In this document: positions 57,927 to 64,000 of the stretch, piece after piece | Layout: each line of letters opens with the position of its first letter | Numbering within the stretch: position 1 is the stretch's first letter | From: Planctomycetota bacterium | Lineage (GTDB): Bacteria; Planctomycetota; JAJSAM01; JAJVHW01 | Direction of reading: 5' to 3' | Assembly: GCA_965248445.1 (NCBI GenBank) | Contig: CBDFJG010000004.1 | Span: 1,216,001 to 1,280,000 of the forward strand | Length of the DNA: 64,000 nucleotides | The notes under the pieces: model-generated | Told to the model about the DNA's origin: nothing | What the model saw: only the letters and a program-made list of their open reading frames with translations | The model's database searches: none | Position numbers and translations under genes: made by a program

Positions 57927-59879
57927 TCACCCGAGCCCGACGCCGCGGTCGGCCGTCGCAAGCCGGTCCGCAAGCCACTCGGCCGTCTCGACGGCGTTCA
58001 TGTCCGACACGTCCACGGTGAGCGTCGCGAGCGCGCGGTAGAGTGGCATTCGTTCCGCCCGCTGCACCCGCACCTCCTCCGACGAGGGACGATCCGAGAG
58101 CGGAGCGCGAGGCGTTTGCTGCCACCGCGCGACCAGTTCGTCGTCCGCGGCGTGCAGCAGCACGACCGTCGCATCATCGCCCAGGGCGCGCAGCGCTGCT
58201 GCGTGCAGTGCGGCGCCGCCGCCCGTTGCGAGCACCACGCCGCGCAGCGAGGCGGCGTGGTGCAGCGCGTCCCCCTCCGCCGCGCGGAAGGCGTCCAGCT
58301 GACCCGCAGCGATGAAGTCGTCGGGCGTGCGTCCGGTGCTCTCCGTCACCAACGCATCCGTGTCGACGAACTCCCGTCCCAGCAGCGCCGCGAGCTCACG
58401 TCCCGTCGTGGTCTTCCCAGTGCAGCGCAGCCCGACGAGGACGATGTTGCGTGCACGCCGGGCGAGCAGCCGCCGGCCGACACGCGCAATCGCGTCGGGA
58501 GACATGGTCGCGCCGACCAGGTGTCCGATCTGCGGCATCGCCTGTTCGACCAGCATCTCGAATCCCGGCACGACGACGTGTCCGGCCTCTCGTGCCGCGG
58601 CGAGTAATGCCGTGTCCTGCGCCGCCACCAGCATGTCGAGGACGGTCGCGGGCCCCGGCAGCTTCGACGGATCGATAAAAGGAGTCCCGCCGGGTGGCCC
58701 GGCCGGCGTGGCGTCGACGACGATCTCCGGAGCGGCTGCGACCGCGTCGTCCGCACTCGTGTGGACCGTACGCGCACCGAGCGTGCGCAGCGACTCGGCT
58801 TGAGCGATGCGCCGCGCGAACACCGACACGCGTGCGCCTGACGTGTTCAGGGCGACAACTGCCGACCGCGCCGCCCCGCCTGCCCCGAGCACGAGCGCGC
58901 GCTTGCCGTCCAACTCCGGCGCAGGCAGCCCCGCACCGGCGAGCGCTCCGAGCAGGCCCGCGCCGTCCGTGCTCAAGCCCTCGAGCGCCGCGTCACGCAC
59001 GCGGACGGTGTTGACCGCGCCTGCCGCCCTGGCATGGCCACCGATCCGCACCTCCGCTGCGACGAGAGCGTCGTGCACGGTCGCCTTGTGCGGGTTCGTC
59101 ACCCCCATGCCGGCCCAGCCGAACTCGTCCAGGGCCCCGAGTAGATGCCGTGGATCGTCGACGGACCACCGCGCCGCCACGATCTGGCTCCCCACGGCAC
59201 GGAATGCCGCATTCAGCATGTCGGGGCTGACGCTGTCCGACACGTCGCGTCCCACGAGGACGAACAACGGCGTGCCCTCCGTGGCGCGCCGGAACTCCAT
59301 GCGGTCGATCACCTGGTTCACCGTCGGGAGCGGCAGTCCGAGCCGTCCACCCGGTCGCAGGGCCGCGTACACGAGCGGAGAACCGAGCGCCGCGCCGGCA
59401 AGCCGCGTGAACGGATGCGACACGATGTGCGCCGCGAGCCGCGGTGCGTGCATGCGCACGGCGCGGAGCACGCGGAGCGCATCGCGCTCGTCGCCACGAT
59501 GCACGACGTACTTCACAAGTCCGTCGCTGCTCAGCAGTCGCGGGATGACCGCCTCGAAATCCTCCGGGACCCTCGTCACGTGAACCGAGTGAACGACCTC
59601 GGCCACGCCGTCGAAGGACTCGGCGTCCAACTCGCTCCCGGCTTCGATGTCGACCAAAGTGGCCCCGGCGTTTGCGGCGCGCAGGAGCAACGCCGCGCGG
59701 TCGGCTTCCAAACCCTCGTACAGTCCGCCGTCACAGAATCGGCGGCACGTGGCGAGCACGTCGCGCCGCGACGACGCCACGAGATCTTCCAGTTCGCTCT
59801 CGATGCCCGGGATCAAGTCCAGCCGCAACTCGATGACGTCGGCACGGGCGGCGGACGGTGCGGCGAGCACGCGCGCCAT
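57927..59879 (-). CDS. Trifunctional type I dehydroquinase / shikimate dehydrogenase / shikimate kinase (AroD-AroE-AroK); true start may be CTG at 59939
   Basis: 'ELRLD..TCR..GG..DIE'; 'VTNPHK', 'GAVNT', 'GAGGAA'; 'GLRCTGKTT', 'DTD', 'ATGGG'. Confidence 0.85.
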   Translation of the reverse strand: MARVLAAPSAARADVIELRLDLIPGIESELEDLVASSRRDVLATCRRFCDGGLYEGLEADRAALLLRAANAGATLVDIEAGSELDAESFDGVAEVVHSVHVTRVPEDFEAVIPRLLSSDGLVKYVVHRGDERDALRVLRAVRMHAPRLAAHIVSHPFTRLAGAALGSPLVYAALRPGGRLGLPLPTVNQVIDRMEFRRATEGTPLFVLVGRDVSDSVSPDMLNAAFRAVGSQIVAARWSVDDPRHLLGALDEFGWAGMGVTNPHKATVHDALVAAEVRIGGHARAAGAVNTVRVRDAALEGLSTDGAGLLGALAGAGLPAPELDGKRALVLGAGGAARSAVVALNTSGARVSVFARRIAQAESLRTLGARTVHTSADDAVAAAPEIVVDATPAGPPGGTPFIDPSKLPGPATVLDMLVAAQDTALLAAAREAGHVVVPGFEMLVEQAMPQIGHLVGATMSPDAIARVGRRLLARRARNIVLVGLRCTGKTTTGRELAALLGREFVDTDALVTESTGRTPDDFIAAGQLDAFRAAEGDALHHAASLRGVVLATGGGAALHAAALRALGDDATVVLLHAADDELVARWQQTPRAPLSDRPSSEEVRVQRAERMPLYRALATLTVDVSDMNAVETAEWLADRLATADRGVGLG

Positions 59880-59935
59880 CTCCCCGGCCGAGCGCGGTCC
59901 GAAGGTCCCGACCAGCAGGTTTCCCGGTGGGCGGG

Positions 59936-60835
59936 TCAGCGTTCCGACTCCGCGCTTGCCCGCGACGGAACGCCGCGCGCGAATCCATGGCCTGCGCCGT
60001 CGGTCAACCCGACGGCCGCCGGCGCTTCATCCTGTCCGAGCGGCAGATACAGCGCCGAGCCGCTCCCGGTCATCTGCACGGCCGAGGAGACGCGGTCGCG
60101 CGCACGGGCAAACACGTCACTCATCTCCGGGGCAACCCGCATCGCCGGCGCGACGAGCGCATTGAACGTGGCGGCGGCGAGCGCCTCGGCATCCCCCGCC
60201 GCAAGCGCAGCGACGACGGCGTCCGGCCGCCGGGGCGGCCCGCCATGCGCGGGGAGCGCGCCGTACACACGGGTAGTGGAGAGGGAGAGGTTGGGGAAGA
60301 GCAGCAGGTAGCGGAGGCCGGTCGCCGCATCGATCCGCTCGAACACGTCGCCCCTGCCGCTTGCGAGCGCGGCGCCACCCGCGAGCTGGAACGGAACGTC
60401 GCTGCCGAGACTCCGTGCGATCGTGAGCAGGTCGTCCTGAGACGCCGCCAGCCCGAGCAGCCGGTTCACGGCGCGCAGTGCGCCGGCGGCATCCGCGGAT
60501 CCGCCGCCCATCCCGGAACCGACGGGGATGCGCTTGTCGATCACGATCTCGAGCGCTGCATCGCTCCCTGCGAGCTCGAGGAGCGCTACCGCTGCACGCG
60601 CGGCGAGGTTCGTCTCGTCCTCAGGCACGCCGGCGGAGAGACCCTGCACGGCGATGCGCACCGAACGCGGCTCGCCGAGCGTCCGGCGCACGGTCATCGC
60701 ATCGGCGTACTCGACCTCGTGGAACACGGTGACGATTTCGTGGAAACCGTCCGCGCGCTTGCCGCGCACGTCGAGGAACAGATTGAGCTTCCCGCGGCAG
60801 AGCTCGCGTTCCTCCGTGAGGTCGAGATGGCTCAC
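59936..60835 (-). CDS. ispE: 4-diphosphocytidyl-2C-methyl-D-erythritol kinase
   Basis: 'KLNLFL', 'KRIPVGSGMGGGSADAA', 'LGSDVPF', 'MTGSGS'. Confidence 0.93.
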   Translation of the reverse strand: MSHLDLTEERELCRGKLNLFLDVRGKRADGFHEIVTVFHEVEYADAMTVRRTLGEPRSVRIAVQGLSAGVPEDETNLAARAAVALLELAGSDAALEIVIDKRIPVGSGMGGGSADAAGALRAVNRLLGLAASQDDLLTIARSLGSDVPFQLAGGAALASGRGDVFERIDAATGLRYLLLFPNLSLSTTRVYGALPAHGGPPRRPDAVVAALAAGDAEALAAATFNALVAPAMRVAPEMSDVFARARDRVSSAVQMTGSGSALYLPLGQDEAPAAVGLTDGAGHGFARGVPSRASAESER

Positions 60836-61695
60836 GCGACCCCGCCGGTGCGAACGACGACATTGTCCAGGAGGCGTGTCGTGCCCACGCGGAGCACGGC
60901 GATGAGCAGGGCACGGGTCTCGATCGTCTCCAGCGGTATGAGAGTGTCCGGATCCACGACGTCGGCGTAGTCCAGCAGGACGTCGTCGCGCACCGACGCC
61001 GTCATCTCGACCATCGCCGCGCGCAACCGGTTCGCATCGCGCTCGCCCTCGTTCGCGAGTTGTTCCGCCCGCGCGAGCGCCTGCGGCAGACGCAGCGCCT
61101 CTTCTCGATCCTCTGGCGAGAGGCTGCGGTTGCGGCTGGAGAGCGCGAGTCCGTCCTCGTCGCGCACGATCGGACACACGACGACCTCGACAGGCACGGC
61201 GAGGTCGGACACCAGCCGTCGGATGACCAGAGTCTGCTGATAGTCCTTCTGGCCGAAGTACGCGCGATCCGGCTGCACCATGTTGAGGAGTGTCGTAACG
61301 ATCGTCGCGACGCCCTCGAAGTGCCGGGGACGGCGGGCGCCCTCGAACTCCTCCGTGACACCGCGCACGACGACGACGGTCGACCGGCCGGGCCGCTGCA
61401 TCTCCCGCACCGTTGGCGCGAACACGACGTCGGCGTTCGCCTCCTCACAGATCCCGACGTCGGTGTCGAGCGTGCGCGGGTACGACTCGAAGTCCTCGCC
61501 CTCCCCGAACTGCAGAGGGTTCACGTAGACGGAGACGATCGTGCAGTCGTTGTCCTGCACGGAGCGGTGCACGAGCGACAGGTGCCCGTCGTGCAGCGCG
61601 CCCATCGTCGGCACGAATCCGAGCGAGAATCGGTTGCGCTTCGTCATCGTCACGTACTCGCGCAACTCGCGCGCTGTGTGGATCACCCGGGTCAC
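60832..61695 (-). CDS. panC: Pantoate--beta-alanine ligase
   Basis: 'FVPTMGALHDGH', 'VNPLQF', 'FGQKDYQQ', 'GLALSSRN', 'RLLDN'. Confidence 0.96.
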   Translation of the reverse strand: MTRVIHTARELREYVTMTKRNRFSLGFVPTMGALHDGHLSLVHRSVQDNDCTIVSVYVNPLQFGEGEDFESYPRTLDTDVGICEEANADVVFAPTVREMQRPGRSTVVVVRGVTEEFEGARRPRHFEGVATIVTTLLNMVQPDRAYFGQKDYQQTLVIRRLVSDLAVPVEVVVCPIVRDEDGLALSSRNRSLSPEDREEALRLPQALARAEQLANEGERDANRLRAAMVEMTASVRDDVLLDYADVVDPDTLIPLETIETRALLIAVLRVGTTRLLDNVVVRTGGVA

Positions 61696-62228
61696 GTCAG
61701 GTCCTCCAGAAGTTCGCGAACGGTGCGGTCCAGCACGGGGTGCCGCATCTGCGGAGCGATCTCGGCGGCCGGTCCCAGGACGAACCTGCGCCGGCTCATG
61801 CGGGGATGCGGGATCTGCAGGCCGGGTTCGTCCACGACCCGATCCTCGTAGAGAAGCAGGTCCAGGTCCACGACGCGCGGACCCCAGCGTGGCCCGCCCG
61901 GCTCTCTCCCTACCTCGCGCTCGATCCGCTGCAGCACGCGCAACAACTCCCGGGGGGCCAGCACGGTGCGGACGAGACATGCGGCGTTGCGGAAGTCCGG
62001 CTGGGGTGGACCGCCCACCGGTGAGGTCGTCATCGCCGCGCTTCGGCTGGAGAGCGTGACTCCCGTCTCGGCGGCGAGCAGGCTGAGCGCGCGGTCAATG
62101 TGCGCGTCGCGGTCGCCCAGGTTGCTGCCCAGCGCGATGAGCGCCCAGCCGGAGCTTGTCGCCCCCCCCGCGCCGGCGGGACCGTCTGCGCCGGACGGGT
62201 CACCCGCGTCGTGCGGCGGTTCGTCCAC
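61692..62228 (-). CDS. folK: 2-amino-4-hydroxy-6-hydroxymethyldihydropteridine diphosphokinase
   Basis: 'IALGSNLG', 'WGPRVVDLDLL', 'IPHPRM..RRFVL.P'. Confidence 0.93.
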   Translation of the reverse strand: MDEPPHDAGDPSGADGPAGAGGATSSGWALIALGSNLGDRDAHIDRALSLLAAETGVTLSSRSAAMTTSPVGGPPQPDFRNAACLVRTVLAPRELLRVLQRIEREVGREPGGPRWGPRVVDLDLLLYEDRVVDEPGLQIPHPRMSRRRFVLGPAAEIAPQMRHPVLDRTVRELLEDLT

Positions 62229-62229
62229 G

Positions 62230-63189
62230 TCAGTCGAAGATCTCGGGCAATCGCGGGCGGCGGCGGCCACGGAGCGCACGCCAGAGGACCATGAACGGCC
62301 CCGAGACGGCGTACGCCACGAAGAGAATCGCCAGGACGTGGGCAATGCTGAGATGGAGCATCACCATGACCGCCAGGACCAGGATGGCGACGCTTCCGAC
62401 CGTCCGCCTCTGGCTGAGCAGCCGGTTGGCGGCATGCATGTAGCGGACACGGCTCACCATCAGCAGGCCGAGCGGCACGAGAACGCCGAACCCGATCACG
62501 TATGCGACCACCGTCAGCGCCCGCGGACTGAGAGTCGCCTGCTCGATGAACCCTCGGTGCAGGATCGCGAGGCCGGCCACGACTCCGGCGGCGCCGGGTG
62601 TGGGCAGTCCGCTGAAGTGGTTCACGCCGTCGGCGGTGGGTTCGTCGTGCTCCGCGCTGTACCGCGCCAGGCGCAGGCAGGCGCAGAGTGCGAAGAACAC
62701 AGCGGTGAGAAACGACGTGCGGTCGTAAGCGAACTCCAGCGGCGCCTCCATCAACGCCTTCGCGATCAACGCGGGGGCGACGCCGAACGTGACGACGTCG
62801 GCCAAGCTGTCGAGCATCCCGCCGAAGCTGGTCGTCGAACGGGTGATGCGCGCGACGCGGCCATCCAGGCCGTCGCACGCCATGCCCGCGAGGATCAACC
62901 AGCCGGCCATCACGAACTTGTGCGCGCCGAGGGCCGCTGCATCCACCGCAGTGGCACCGACGCTGGCGCGCGCGATCGCGTGCGCCGCCACGCCGTCCAC
63001 CACGTACGAGATCGCGAGCACGCCGCACACCAGATTGGCCAGCGTGACAGCCGTCGGCAGCATGCTGAGACGCAGGATGCGCCGGCGACGCTGCGGCGAC
63101 CGCGCCGCGTCCGCCGAACCGGCGGCGTCGCCGTCGGCAGCGGGTGGCGCTGCGGAGGGGACCGGTACGGCTGCGTCGGGTCGTGTCAT
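62230..63189 (-). CDS. pssA: CDP-diacylglycerol--serine O-phosphatidyltransferase
   Basis: 'DGLDGRVAR...FG..LDSLADVVTFGVAPA', 'LRLARY', 'FSGLPTP'. Confidence 0.9.
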   Translation of the reverse strand: MTRPDAAVPVPSAAPPAADGDAAGSADAARSPQRRRRILRLSMLPTAVTLANLVCGVLAISYVVDGVAAHAIARASVGATAVDAAALGAHKFVMAGWLILAGMACDGLDGRVARITRSTTSFGGMLDSLADVVTFGVAPALIAKALMEAPLEFAYDRTSFLTAVFFALCACLRLARYSAEHDEPTADGVNHFSGLPTPGAAGVVAGLAILHRGFIEQATLSPRALTVVAYVIGFGVLVPLGLLMVSRVRYMHAANRLLSQRRTVGSVAILVLAVMVMLHLSIAHVLAILFVAYAVSGPFMVLWRALRGRRRPRLPEIFD

Positions 63190-63199
63190 AAGGTGCGGG

Positions 63200-63895
63200 T
63201 CACTCGTTACCCAGGCCCAACTCACCCAACACAGTCAGCCCCCCCTTGACCGCGTCGCCGATGCCGACGCGCCAGGTGACGGATGCGTCTGCTGGGAGCC
63301 AGACCTCGGTGCGTGACCCGAGCTTGATCATACCGTAGCGATCGCCCGCCCGCAGGCGGGTGCCAGGCTCCACGGGGCACACGATTCGCCGCGCCACGGC
63401 GCCGGTCACCTGCCTGACGATCATGGGCACGCGGCCTGCGAGGACTGTCAGCCGCAGCGCTGCGGCCTCGTTCTCGGTCCGCGCGCGGGGGTCGTACGCG
63501 CGATGCATGGCGCCGCGCCGGTAGTCCACTTGTCTCACTTCGCAGTCCATCGGCACGCGGTTGACGTGGACATTCAGCGGCGAGAGGAAGATGCCCATCC
63601 GGATCGCCCGGCCCCCGATCCACTCGGGCTCCTCGACCTCCTCGAGGTCCGTCACCGTGCCGTCCGCCGGCGAGACGATCAGACCGTCTCCGGCGGGCGG
63701 GGTGCGCTCTGGATCGCGGAAGAAGTTGACCAGCAGCAGCCAGACCACGAACGGGACAGCAGCCGCAGCGAGCCAGAGCAATCGGCGGTCGGGCTGCGAC
63801 GCAGCCAGGGCGACGGCCCCGGCCGTGAGCGGCAGGAGGAGGAGGCTCGCCAGCAGGAGGTCCCGCCGGCCCCAGACGGCAATGGGAAGTCGCAC
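63200..63895 (-). CDS. psd: Phosphatidylserine decarboxylase proenzyme
   Basis: 'FFRDPER', 'SPADG', 'IFLSPLNVHVNR.P', 'YGMIKLGS' cleavage motif. Confidence 0.93.
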   Translation of the reverse strand: MRLPIAVWGRRDLLLASLLLLPLTAGAVALAASQPDRRLLWLAAAAVPFVVWLLLVNFFRDPERTPPAGDGLIVSPADGTVTDLEEVEEPEWIGGRAIRMGIFLSPLNVHVNRVPMDCEVRQVDYRRGAMHRAYDPRARTENEAAALRLTVLAGRVPMIVRQVTGAVARRIVCPVEPGTRLRAGDRYGMIKLGSRTEVWLPADASVTWRVGIGDAVKGGLTVLGELGLGNE

Positions 63896-64000
63896 GGCCG
63901 GGGAAGCTACCGCCCCCGTGCCACGCCCCCGCCTTCCGCTCGCCCCGGCTCCCCGCTGGCCCCCGCTCCCGTTGCTTCTGGCCGGGCGGACGGAATCGAG

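Noticed and set aside
1..64000. Many long overlapping or antisense ORFs (e.g. 13116-15395, 17669-19684, 35764-39096, 49275-51203)
   Set aside because: Shadow frames of real genes in high-GC DNA; Arg/Pro/Ala-rich or antisense, with no recognisable motifs

Overview
High-GC (about 70% by eye) bacterial DNA, probably from a Planctomycetota-like organism. That assignment is inferred from the long-tailed ECF sigma factor, the ECF-Ser/Thr kinase pair, and the DUF4388-TPR, HEAT-repeat and GldFG/DUF4340-type genes. The window holds about 48 CDS and two tRNAs (Pro-GGG, Met-CAT). From left to right it contains: a heavy-metal RND efflux pair with GNAT-arsC-aquaporin; an ECF sigma factor; a minor-pilin-like pair; a tRNA-Pro integration hotspot with a 4.2 kb integrase-less island and an IS1595 element whose 8-bp target duplication is a gene's start codon; a Gld-type ABC operon; a decayed vapBC; an ECF-STAND kinase module; housekeeping genes (orn, ahcY-sahR, lysS, pyk); signalling and sulfur enzymes; and a psd-pssA-folK-panC-ispE-aroD/E/K operon. 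The most striking unexplained signal is a family of roughly 170-230 bp non-coding elements behind the 3' ends of two different tRNAs. Both copies share two core motifs and a hairpin, and each carries an antisense arm and a terminal duplication that match its own host tRNA. All calls come from reading the sequence and ORF track; no database searches were run.
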